Positions 19,445 to 28,589 of a DNA stretch of 64,000 nucleotides are shown in pieces. The number at the start of each line of letters is the position of its first letter. Position 1 is the stretch's first letter. Location: the IMG/VR virus record IMGVR_UViG_3300037153_000606; one strand, 5' to 3'. The position numbers and the translations under genes were made by a program. Below the pieces are notes generated by a model. That model ran no database searches, was not told where the DNA came from, and was given only the letters and a program-made list of their open reading frames with translations. The stretch comes from a virus.

Positions 19445-20145
19445 TGGCCACCAAGACGGCCGTCGTCAAGCTGCCTTCGACGACATCGACCTCTGGGTCC
19501 GGAGCGGCCATCTCCACCGGGAAGATCATCTCGGTGGTCGGCAATGTGGCCCAGGTCCGGCTGTCTATCGGAAACCAGGTCGTCCAGGTACGTACCGACC
19601 TACTGCGGGCTAAAGGGGTCGCCCCGAAGACCGGGGAGAACTGGATCCTCGACCAGCAGTTCGGGGTCGGCTGGTGCCTGGCGGCCATTGCCAGCTATCC
19701 CGGCCTGGACGCGGCGGCGTGGGCCGCCCCGGTGTTGCTCGGGAGCTGGGTCAACGCCTCCACCGCGCCGTGGACCAACAGCAACGGCACGTACGCCCCG
19801 GCAGGGTGGCTCCGGGACGATCTGGGCTGGGTGAGCCTGCGCGGCACGGTCACCGGCGGTACGGCGTCAGCATCCAATGCGGCCGGGCCGCTTCCCGCCG
19901 ACATCATGCAGCTCCCGGACGGCTACCGACCACCGCTGGACGGGCAGCTCCGCTTCCCGGTGGGTGCCGGGGCCAGTTCGACCGGTGTGGTGATGGTGCG
20001 CCCGGACGGCTTCGTGCGGGCCATGGCCGGAGCGACGCCGATCTCATTGGACGGGATCCGGTTCCGCTACGTCCAGCAGGCCGTCTACAACGTGAGCTTC
20101 ACTCCGACAGTTACCCTCAGCGCGTCGGGGCAGCGCAAGGTCTGA
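19444..20145 (+). CDS. baseplate spike-like / minor tail protein
   Basis: OB-like N-terminus GKIISV..P.TGENW; C-terminal GWVSLRG..LPDGYRP..ISLDGIRF domain. Confidence 0.6.
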   Translation: MATKTAVVKLPSTTSTSGSGAAISTGKIISVVGNVAQVRLSIGNQVVQVRTDLLRAKGVAPKTGENWILDQQFGVGWCLAAIASYPGLDAAAWAAPVLLGSWVNASTAPWTNSNGTYAPAGWLRDDLGWVSLRGTVTGGTASASNAAGPLPADIMQLPDGYRPPLDGQLRFPVGAGASSTGVVMVRPDGFVRAMAGATPISLDGIRFRYVQQAVYNVSFTPTVTLSASGQRKV

Positions 20146-20147
20146 GT

Positions 20148-20179
20148 CCTGGCGTCTCTCCGGATCGGCCCGCGAAGTA
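20148..20179 (+). promoter_or_regulatory. putative late promoter, copy 5 (CCTGGC-N20-GAAGTA)
   Basis: Intergenic, upstream of the wedge genes, exact spacing. Confidence 0.7.
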
Positions 20180-20209
20180 TGGAAGGGCTCGGGACAGGAG
20201 GCGCGTGCC

Positions 20210-20638
20210 GTGCAGACGCTGGCGGTCGTCGATGGCGATTTGGTGCTCAACGCCGGAAGCATCCTGACCATCTCCGGGCCTAACAAGATCAAGCAGGACC
20301 TGTACTTCGCACTGCACGAGGCCTACGGTGCCGATCCGTACCACCCGACCTGGGGGACCGTATTGGACCAGTTCATCGGGCTGCCGCAGACGCCTGCGGT
20401 GCGTCAGAGCGCCATCAACGAGGTGAGCCGGGTCCTCGACAACTACGTGGCGGTGCAGTCGGACCAGATCAACTCCTACACCGCCACTGACAACCGGTCC
20501 GGCTTCTACGCCTCCGACGTGGTCCGTTCCGTCGACTCGATCGACGTCCAGGGGATGGGGCCCAATATCATGATCACGGCGAACCTCACCACGATGGCGG
20601 GCCAGCAGCTCAGTGCGCAGCGTGAGGTGGGCAGCTGA
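20210..20638 (+). CDS. baseplate wedge protein (gp25/W-like)
   Basis: DGDLVL..G..KIKQDL..G.DPYHP.WG..L..FIG. Confidence 0.85.
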   Translation: MQTLAVVDGDLVLNAGSILTISGPNKIKQDLYFALHEAYGADPYHPTWGTVLDQFIGLPQTPAVRQSAINEVSRVLDNYVAVQSDQINSYTATDNRSGFYASDVVRSVDSIDVQGMGPNIMITANLTTMAGQQLSAQREVGS

Positions 20639-22530
20639 TGCCGACCACTGCCGAGATCGCCTCGAACATCGTCGCCTCGCTGGCGTTGACCGAACCCACT
20701 CTGGACACCTCGGTCGGCTCGGTCACCCGCAAGATCATCGATGCGGTGTCCGGAGTGCTCTCCGAGCAGTCCTCGGACAACCACCTGATCACTTACACCT
20801 ACGACATCGACTCCAAGACCGGTGCGGACCTGGACGACTTCTGCGCACTGTTCGGGATCAAGCGGTTCACCGGTAACCGGGCCACCGGGATCTGCACGTT
20901 CTCACGCCCGGCCGACACCGCCTCCACCACCGTCGCCTCGGTGCCGATGGGCACCCAGGTTTCCTCCGCAACGGCAACGCCGGTCAGTTTCCAGACCGTC
21001 ATGTCGGCCACCCTCGGGCTCGGCCAGCTGGCCGTCGACATCCCGGTGCAGGCGTTCTCCTCCGGCCCCAGTGGCAACGTCGCAGCAGGCACCCTGGTGA
21101 ACCTCGCATCGTCCTTGGACGGCATCGGCACCGTGAACAATGCCCAGCCGTGCGTCGGCGGCACCAACGACGAGACCGATGACCAGCTGCGCACCCGGTT
21201 CAAGGCGACCGTGTTCCAGAGCCTGGCCGGAACCCAGCAGATGTACCGGGGCATGGCCCTCAAGACCCAGGCCGACCCGACCGATCCGACCTCGCTGGCC
21301 GTCACCGCCGCCAACGTCATCGGCCCCCGGATGACCTACAACGAGCAGGTGGCCATCCAAGCCGACGGGACGGCCATGTCCTCGATCCCGGACGCCGCGT
21401 TCATCTACTCGGCCTCGGTGTACCTGGGTGCGGACATCGCCGGAGGCTTGGTCGAACCGCAAGGGGCCAACCAGTCCTACACGGTGACCATCAACAACGC
21501 CGTCTTCCCGGCCACACTGAAGGTCACCGCCGTCTCCGGCGGGCCGCTGGTTGTCGGCACGGTCTGGGATCTGCAGTTCGACTACGTCTCGAAGTTCTCC
21601 CGCAACGACCCGTTCGGCACCCGGTGGGCGGGCGGGTCCTACATCTCCACCCGGGTCGACCTGTGGGTCAACGGGCTGATCACCAGGCAGTTCACCCAGT
21701 CCTGCGTGTACTCCACCGACGCGTCACTGACCTTCGTCACCGACACCCCGCACCAGGGCCCGATGGACCCCACCCGGTTCTCGCTGCTCAACGGCAGCCA
21801 ACCGGTCGCCGGAGATTTCTTCACCCCGCTGCTGGCCGGGCCGATCCTGTGGGTACCCACCACGCTGCAGGATGCCGCCGCGAAGACCTACACGCTGGGC
21901 ACGCACTACGACATCGTGCATCAGTCCGACGCGTTCGGGTATTCACCGACCTCGAAGTTCGGTCTGGTCTGGCACCATGCCGCCTCGGCACTACCGGCCA
22001 ACGGCACCAAGTTCACCCTGACCTACAACTACAACCGGGTACCCACCCAGATCCAGAACGACATCGAGTCGCAGTGGCGGCTGCTGGGCACCGACATGCA
22101 GGTGCACGGCGGCATCGCCAAGTACTACCGGTACCATCTGGCGGTCGTGTACAACCCGGGCACGTCCACCCCCACGGTGAACCTGGACATCAACACCGCG
22201 CTGTTCAACCTGGTCAACTCGCTCGGGTTCCGGTCTGCCCTGCAGGTCTCGGACATCTTGCAGGCAGTGCACAACGTGGCCGGAGTGGACAACGTGCGGT
22301 TCCTGACCAGCACCGACGACCCGACGAACTACGGCATCCAGCAGCTGTACCGCGATCCGCTCTATCCGAGCACCGGGCACACCACCCCGGCCATCACCGG
22401 CCCGATCAGCGCGGTCGGCGGGCGCGCCGCCGACGTCTACTTCGACGACGCCAGCTACCCGCAGTTCGATCCGACACTGAGCCCGGTCCGGATCGTGGTT
22501 AAGGCGAGAAACACGTTTGGTGTCAGCTGA
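20638..22530 (+). CDS. baseplate J-like wedge protein
   Basis: GSVTR.IID..G.DLD..FGI.R..RATG..GN..AGT..GG..ETDDQLR.R. Confidence 0.92.
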   Translation: MPTTAEIASNIVASLALTEPTLDTSVGSVTRKIIDAVSGVLSEQSSDNHLITYTYDIDSKTGADLDDFCALFGIKRFTGNRATGICTFSRPADTASTTVASVPMGTQVSSATATPVSFQTVMSATLGLGQLAVDIPVQAFSSGPSGNVAAGTLVNLASSLDGIGTVNNAQPCVGGTNDETDDQLRTRFKATVFQSLAGTQQMYRGMALKTQADPTDPTSLAVTAANVIGPRMTYNEQVAIQADGTAMSSIPDAAFIYSASVYLGADIAGGLVEPQGANQSYTVTINNAVFPATLKVTAVSGGPLVVGTVWDLQFDYVSKFSRNDPFGTRWAGGSYISTRVDLWVNGLITRQFTQSCVYSTDASLTFVTDTPHQGPMDPTRFSLLNGSQPVAGDFFTPLLAGPILWVPTTLQDAAAKTYTLGTHYDIVHQSDAFGYSPTSKFGLVWHHAASALPANGTKFTLTYNYNRVPTQIQNDIESQWRLLGTDMQVHGGIAKYYRYHLAVVYNPGTSTPTVNLDINTALFNLVNSLGFRSALQVSDILQAVHNVAGVDNVRFLTSTDDPTNYGIQQLYRDPLYPSTGHTTPAITGPISAVGGRAADVYFDDASYPQFDPTLSPVRIVVKARNTFGVS

Positions 22531-23807
22531 TGGCCGTCATCCAGAACGTCAACGAGGCACCGTCGTTCTTCGCCACCCAGTCCCAGAGCGACGTTTCCGA
22601 CGATCTGATCACCTCGCAGGTCGACCCGACCCAGCCGCAGGTCAACGGGCTGTCCAGCTACACCGACCCGCTGGTGGTCGACCACACGGTCAAGTCCCGG
22701 TTGCCGAACTTCGACCCCACCCTGTACAACCTCGATCCATCCAGTCACCTGATGCACTTCCTCGGTGCACTGCTCGGAGTGGCCGGGGTCGGCGGGCTGC
22801 GCCGCCAGCAGACCATCAACCGGATGTCGGGCACCATGGCGGGGGCGCACTTCCTGGACCTCGACGGGTTCTGGGGCGCGTTGTTCGGGGCGTACCGGAT
22901 GTCCGACGAGCAGATCCCCGAAGTGGACGGGGCGATCCTCGACCCGGCCGTCTCGGTCGCCGACCCGGAGACCTGGGACGCTGCTCGCAGCCGGGACGGC
23001 AAGATGCGCTCCCGGATCGTCCAACTGGCCGCCGGGTTCGCCCAGGGAGCCACTTACTCGGGAGTCCGGATGGCCGCCGAGGCGGTGCTGGGCAGCGAGG
23101 TGGACGTCTCGGAATCGTGGATGATCGTGGACACGCTGCCACCGGGGCATGCATCCACCGTGCAGCCCAACACCTATTTCGCGGTGCAGTCGCAGTACCA
23201 CACCTACGACGAGATGAAGGGCAACCGGTGGTCCGCCCTGCAGGGCGGGTACGTCGTGCCGGGCAACACCCCGCTGGGCAACCGGGGCGAGGTGGTGATC
23301 ACCCCGAAGCGGGCGATCAGCGACGAGGAACGCATCCAGGTCGCGCACGTGCTGCAGGATCTCGCCCCGGCCGGGGTAGTGATCACCGTGCTGGCCACTC
23401 CGGCGGTGGCGCACCGCGAGGTGCTGCCCCGTTTCGTCTACGCCGACTCCTCGGACTGGTCGGTCACCTCCGTCATCGCCTCCTACCAGAACGTCGAAGA
23501 CTTCGGCGATGTCATCTACCCGAGTGTGGACGGTGCGAACGCGGCCAGCCGCCCGGCGTTGAGCCAGTACAGCGGCGAGCGCTGGAACTACAACTCGCGG
23601 GTGGCTGCGGTCACCGCCTACCAGATGGTCAACAACGCGCAGTCCAGCACGGCGGTGGATGCCCAGACCATCCTCTACGCCGACGGCACGGCCCATGAGT
23701 ACGCCCCGACGCTGGCCATGTTGGACCCGAAGCAGGGGGCGTTGATCCGCACCGGGACCGAGGGTGTGCTCACCAGCTACCCGTACGCGGCCGGGCGGTT
23801 CGGATGA
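22530..23807 (+). CDS. baseplate wedge protein (I/gp7-like)
   Basis: Follows J; D...RSRI....GATY.G.R..AEA.LG..V.E.W; LAPAG. Confidence 0.7.
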   Translation: MAVIQNVNEAPSFFATQSQSDVSDDLITSQVDPTQPQVNGLSSYTDPLVVDHTVKSRLPNFDPTLYNLDPSSHLMHFLGALLGVAGVGGLRRQQTINRMSGTMAGAHFLDLDGFWGALFGAYRMSDEQIPEVDGAILDPAVSVADPETWDAARSRDGKMRSRIVQLAAGFAQGATYSGVRMAAEAVLGSEVDVSESWMIVDTLPPGHASTVQPNTYFAVQSQYHTYDEMKGNRWSALQGGYVVPGNTPLGNRGEVVITPKRAISDEERIQVAHVLQDLAPAGVVITVLATPAVAHREVLPRFVYADSSDWSVTSVIASYQNVEDFGDVIYPSVDGANAASRPALSQYSGERWNYNSRVAAVTAYQMVNNAQSSTAVDAQTILYADGTAHEYAPTLAMLDPKQGALIRTGTEGVLTSYPYAAGRFG

Positions 23808-26800
23808 CGTCGCCTCCGGCGGTCAACCCGGTCGGCACCGTCACGGCCCTCGCGCCGCTGTTCGTCGACCACTCCGATCTGGGCATCTTCAGCCAAGCGG
23901 TCAACGCCACGATGCAGACCAGCCCCGGCGCGCGACAGCTGGCCGGACAGATGTTCTGGTCCACCGACGCACGCCCGGCCGACTCGCCGGTTCAGGAGAC
24001 GCTGGAGATCTCGCTGTCCTCCACCCGGTTGGTGAACTGGATCAAGTTCGACATCTCGATCTTCCCGACCCTGATGGCGATCCAGTACTACGACGCGGCC
24101 AGCAACAACTGGCTGCCGCTACTGGACCAGTTCGGCCAGCCCTATCAGCAAATGATCATGCGGTCGATCCCGGTGCAGCTGCCCAACCCGGTCAACGTGC
24201 CCGGTCACCTGCACCCCCAGCACTCCTTCGTGGGGCACTGGCGGTCGGTGTCGCAGCGGCTCAAGCCGACCTATCTGCAGCGGCTGCGATTCGTGCTGCA
24301 GCGACTCAACAATGGTCTGGGACCGGTGAGCCCCCTGGGTGACCAGGTGCCCTACTCGCTGGCGCTGCGCAGCATCACCTTCGGTTACGAGGTCGCCACT
24401 CGCGCCGATGTGCCGCGCACCCTGCCGGTCGACGACACCTACAACCAGTCCTTCGCCTCCACCGATGACCTGCTCGGTTCTGCGATCGCGTTCTCGCTGC
24501 GTGATCCGGTGGTCAACCGGATCGTCGACAACACCGACACTGACGCGGATGCGATCTGGGTATGTGAACCGCAGCCCTATCCCGGAGCGGTGGTGTGCTT
24601 CTACGCCGACCTGCGCGACGCCACCGGGAATCCGCAACTGATCGACCAGATCTACATCAACCCGGTTTCCTCCGGGGCACACGTCACCGTCTACGTGTCC
24701 AACGACCTCACGGTCGGCGGTTTCGATTCGCCCACCACCCCGTTGGACATCACCCAGGTGCAGACCGTCGGCACCACCCCGGTGACGATCCAGTACGGTC
24801 GCCTGCTCCATTTCGGTCAGTACGGCGAGCAGGCCGCGCTGGCCATCACCAATGTGCCGTTGGATGTGAACGACCCGGCCATGCGGCACAAGGCGGTGCT
24901 CGGTTACGACCCCACATTGCCGTGGTGGTTCGGGGTGACCGTGAGCCCCGGTTTCGACCAGGGGGTGGACACCGCCGAGCACCCGATCTTCGACTGTGGG
25001 GTATGGCGGCTCTCGCTCACCGCCGACGGGGTGACGCTGATTTTCGCCGACGGGGATGCGCACATCTGCCCGATTACCTACCAGGGGTTGCAGGACACCT
25101 CGGTCGTGGTGAGTTACGACGGCGAGGGCACCTTCCACATGCACGCCCGCAACTCTTCCGACGACCAGACCGATGACTTCTGGGTGGTGCCGCTGCAGCC
25201 CACCCCGTCGCCGGTAGTGACTCTCGGGACCGATGTCGGGATGGAGTACTTCCTGAACTCCGACCTGACCTACATGGTGCTCAAGGAGGAGCTGGCCGAC
25301 GGCAGCGACGGGTACTTGGACAACCCCGGCAGTTACTGCACGGTCGCCCAGTTCTCCGGCAACGACACGCCGCAGTCGCACAACGCACTGCTGCGCCTGG
25401 ACCTGTCCGCGACCACCTTGATCGACGCCACCCACCCGTGGGGACTGTTCGGTGGCCCGAGCGCGCAGTACGAGAACCTGGTCTGGTCCCCGGTGCCGCG
25501 CGACTTCGTGATGACACGCGGGTGGATGTACCTGCCGCCGACCGAGGCGCGCTTCGTCAAGCTGGAGATCACCAACCTGCAGGCGGTGCCTTATGACGTG
25601 GCGGTGGTGGGACCGCAGCAGGTGAAGACCTTCCCGCCCCAGGTGCTCGACGCCTACCGGGACCAGTTGATCAACACCGCGTCGGTGGTGCCGCCACTAG
25701 GGGCGGCCACCCAGATCTCGCTGTCTGGGACGGTGCCGTACGAGCTGCCGGTCTTCGTCTCCACCGGCGGCAACGGGGACCGGGGCTACACGAACACCGA
25801 GGTCTACATCTCCGACGACTACAGCGCCCAGGAGCGGCTGCGTGCGCTCAACGCGTCGGTGTGGAACTACCAGACTTGGCACGTGGGGATCCGGGCTCCC
25901 CGCTTCACGAGCGCCCAGGTGCATCGCTACACCCAGGAGACGATCACCCGCACCGGGAAGGTCGCCTACCAGTGCGGCCTGCGCCAGATCTCGTTCGCCT
26001 ACTCCTCGTTCACCTCCCAGCAGGACACCGGGATGTACGAGGAGACGTTCTACTCCGATCGCAACATCAACAACGACCCCAACCAGACCAACATCGTCTA
26101 TGACCCTGATCTGGACGCGCTGTACTCCGGCGATACCACGACCAAGGCGAGCGCCACGTCGCTGGTCTACACGTCGTTGCGGGACGTGCGCGCGGTGCAG
26201 TTCGCGGTGCAACAGTCGCAGCCGGTGCAGCTGCTGCCCGACGACGAGTTCGAGGACCCGAGCTACTCGAACTGGACGCTGCTCGGCGATGTCGCACCGC
26301 CGCAGGAAGGGATCGTCACCTCGCCGGTGTTCGGTTCGCTGCTGCCGATCGACCGCCAGCTGGTGGGAGGGTTCTGGGCCGATATCGAGCCGGTGTACCA
26401 CACCTGGGGCGGCATCACCGACCAGGGCAAGCTCTACAGCGATCTGGGGTCCAACGTCCCGAAGTCGGACGAGACCTACGGCGGGGTGGCCTCGGCCCCT
26501 GTCACCCAACCGGCCGGTGGGCGGCTGTACGCGGCGGCACGGGTGGTCTCCGACCAGGACTTGTCCAGTCCGCTGTCGCTGCAAATCATGGACTCGGTCA
26601 CCGGCCAGCCGTTGGCCGAAAAGTCGATCAACGTGAAGGCCAACCAGGTGACCGAGTGGTACGTCGGGTACACCGTCGGCGAGGGCGGTGAGACCACCGC
26701 CAATACGTGGGGCGATTTGACTGGTGCCTACCTGAACAACTTCCCGTCGTTCTCGGACAGCTTCCAGCGCGCCGACTCCACATCGCTGGGGCTGATGGAC

Positions 26801-28588
26801 TCCGGCCAGCAGTGGCAGTCCCCGGCCTCCTCGGCGGGCTCGCTGGCCATCGTCAACAAGATCGCGGTGTGCAATGTCGCCGGGCAGGTCAGCTGGGTGG
26901 ACACCCAGACACCGTGGGGCACGCTGTCTGTGGTGCTGGGGAACTCGTTCACCACCGGCACCGCGTCGGCCTCGGTGCCGTTGCTCTACCTGGGCCATTA
27001 CCGGCTGATGAACGACGGCCGGGTGGTGGACAGCAACACCGGCCGGGTGGTCGCCACCACCGCCGGGATCGCCACCGGAGATTCGCTGCAGGCCACATTC
27101 CTGCCCACCGCGCTGCTCTCCTCACCGCCGGGCGGCGTTGACCCGACCGTGCAGTCCTGGTCGTTCACGCTCTCCCGCAACGGCACCCAGGTCGCCACTC
27201 TGTCCAGTGCGCACGGCATCGGCACGATGCGCGGGCTGGCCGGTGCGGTCGGCCAGCAGTTCACCTCGTTCAGCTGGGTGCCCCGTGCGGCGGCCGTCCC
27301 GGCCGGGACGGTCATCCCGGCCCAGCCGATGCCCACCGACGGCGCGGAGGACCCGTCCGGGCTGCAGTGGGTGCAGGCCAACGGCCAGGTATGGAGCACT
27401 CCGCAGTCCCCCATGCAAAGTCCGCCGGTGCCACCCACGTGGGGAAGTCTCCCGGCGTGGCAGGGCGGCGCGAACACCATCACCGCCCCGGCCTTCCCGA
27501 GCGGTGATACCCCGGCCATCGTGATGGTCTCGACCGACACCGGAAACCAGTACGGCACGTTCATCTTCCGGATCACCCAGCTCGCCGCCACGATCGCGGC
27601 CAACACCTATTCGATCGCGGTGCTCGACCAGCCCAACGCGAACACCCAGCTGCAGCTGCAGGCCAACGGCGACCTGGTCCAGGTGGTGTCCGGGACGGTG
27701 ACCACCGTCAAGGCGGGGGTGATCCCGGCGGCGTCGATGACGACCGGCGACATCGCGATCAAGTACGCCAAGACCTCGCAGCTGTCCACGGCGTTCAAGA
27801 CCGCTCAGGGCATCTCGAACAGCAGCGCCCAGAGCATGATCTTCATGGTCGACGACACGGTGGTCGGCACCTACTCCGGCAACAACATCTTCAGCCAGTC
27901 GATCCGGGGGTTGTTCGGTTACAACGACAACGCGGGGCACTACACCATCACCACCGGGTTCGGCTGGTTCACCGACGCCAACGGGGTGACCACCTCCTCG
28001 GGCGACGAGACCTGGGACGACGTGAGCGCGCACGAGTCGCGTACCTGGGGCGACCTGTCGATGAACATCAGCGAGGACAACCCCAACCCGGTCTTCGTCC
28101 AGGTGATCCAGGAGAACGCCTCGGTCGACTCGTGGTACATGGATACCTTGTCGCTGTTCTCCGACCCGATCGTGTGGGAGTTCTCCAACAACGGCGGGAA
28201 GAGCTGGGTACCCGGTTACGACGTGGCCAACAACCCGGAGGGGGCGGTCGCGTTCAACCCCAAGAACCCGAACGACCTGGCCGCCGTGTCCAACCAGCTC
28301 TGCTACCGGGTGACCATCTGGGCACCGGGGAAGTGGGTCAGCCACTTGGCGATCCGGCCCTGGTACCAGGGCTTCATGCGGTGCATGCCGTTCCGGCCGC
28401 AAGGCGTCCCGCAGGGCCCGAACATCAACCCGTGGGACCATTACCCGCCGATCGAGCTGGACCCGCGCTGGCAGGTGTGGCACCTGCCGATCCCGCGTGA
28501 ATGGTGGTTCGCGTTCCGGGTGCCGGACACCAGGCCGCGCTACATCACTCCGTACGTCACCGACAACGTCGTGGTCAGTGGGGTCTGA
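23804..28588 (+). CDS. large baseplate / minor tail protein (1594 aa)
   Basis: ATGA overlap; beta-rich with recurring TWxDL motifs. Confidence 0.75.
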   Translation: MTSPPAVNPVGTVTALAPLFVDHSDLGIFSQAVNATMQTSPGARQLAGQMFWSTDARPADSPVQETLEISLSSTRLVNWIKFDISIFPTLMAIQYYDAASNNWLPLLDQFGQPYQQMIMRSIPVQLPNPVNVPGHLHPQHSFVGHWRSVSQRLKPTYLQRLRFVLQRLNNGLGPVSPLGDQVPYSLALRSITFGYEVATRADVPRTLPVDDTYNQSFASTDDLLGSAIAFSLRDPVVNRIVDNTDTDADAIWVCEPQPYPGAVVCFYADLRDATGNPQLIDQIYINPVSSGAHVTVYVSNDLTVGGFDSPTTPLDITQVQTVGTTPVTIQYGRLLHFGQYGEQAALAITNVPLDVNDPAMRHKAVLGYDPTLPWWFGVTVSPGFDQGVDTAEHPIFDCGVWRLSLTADGVTLIFADGDAHICPITYQGLQDTSVVVSYDGEGTFHMHARNSSDDQTDDFWVVPLQPTPSPVVTLGTDVGMEYFLNSDLTYMVLKEELADGSDGYLDNPGSYCTVAQFSGNDTPQSHNALLRLDLSATTLIDATHPWGLFGGPSAQYENLVWSPVPRDFVMTRGWMYLPPTEARFVKLEITNLQAVPYDVAVVGPQQVKTFPPQVLDAYRDQLINTASVVPPLGAATQISLSGTVPYELPVFVSTGGNGDRGYTNTEVYISDDYSAQERLRALNASVWNYQTWHVGIRAPRFTSAQVHRYTQETITRTGKVAYQCGLRQISFAYSSFTSQQDTGMYEETFYSDRNINNDPNQTNIVYDPDLDALYSGDTTTKASATSLVYTSLRDVRAVQFAVQQSQPVQLLPDDEFEDPSYSNWTLLGDVAPPQEGIVTSPVFGSLLPIDRQLVGGFWADIEPVYHTWGGITDQGKLYSDLGSNVPKSDETYGGVASAPVTQPAGGRLYAAARVVSDQDLSSPLSLQIMDSVTGQPLAEKSINVKANQVTEWYVGYTVGEGGETTANTWGDLTGAYLNNFPSFSDSFQRADSTSLGLMDSGQQWQSPASSAGSLAIVNKIAVCNVAGQVSWVDTQTPWGTLSVVLGNSFTTGTASASVPLLYLGHYRLMNDGRVVDSNTGRVVATTAGIATGDSLQATFLPTALLSSPPGGVDPTVQSWSFTLSRNGTQVATLSSAHGIGTMRGLAGAVGQQFTSFSWVPRAAAVPAGTVIPAQPMPTDGAEDPSGLQWVQANGQVWSTPQSPMQSPPVPPTWGSLPAWQGGANTITAPAFPSGDTPAIVMVSTDTGNQYGTFIFRITQLAATIAANTYSIAVLDQPNANTQLQLQANGDLVQVVSGTVTTVKAGVIPAASMTTGDIAIKYAKTSQLSTAFKTAQGISNSSAQSMIFMVDDTVVGTYSGNNIFSQSIRGLFGYNDNAGHYTITTGFGWFTDANGVTTSSGDETWDDVSAHESRTWGDLSMNISEDNPNPVFVQVIQENASVDSWYMDTLSLFSDPIVWEFSNNGGKSWVPGYDVANNPEGAVAFNPKNPNDLAAVSNQLCYRVTIWAPGKWVSHLAIRPWYQGFMRCMPFRPQGVPQGPNINPWDHYPPIELDPRWQVWHLPIPREWWFAFRVPDTRPRYITPYVTDNVVVSGV

Positions 28589-28589
28589 C

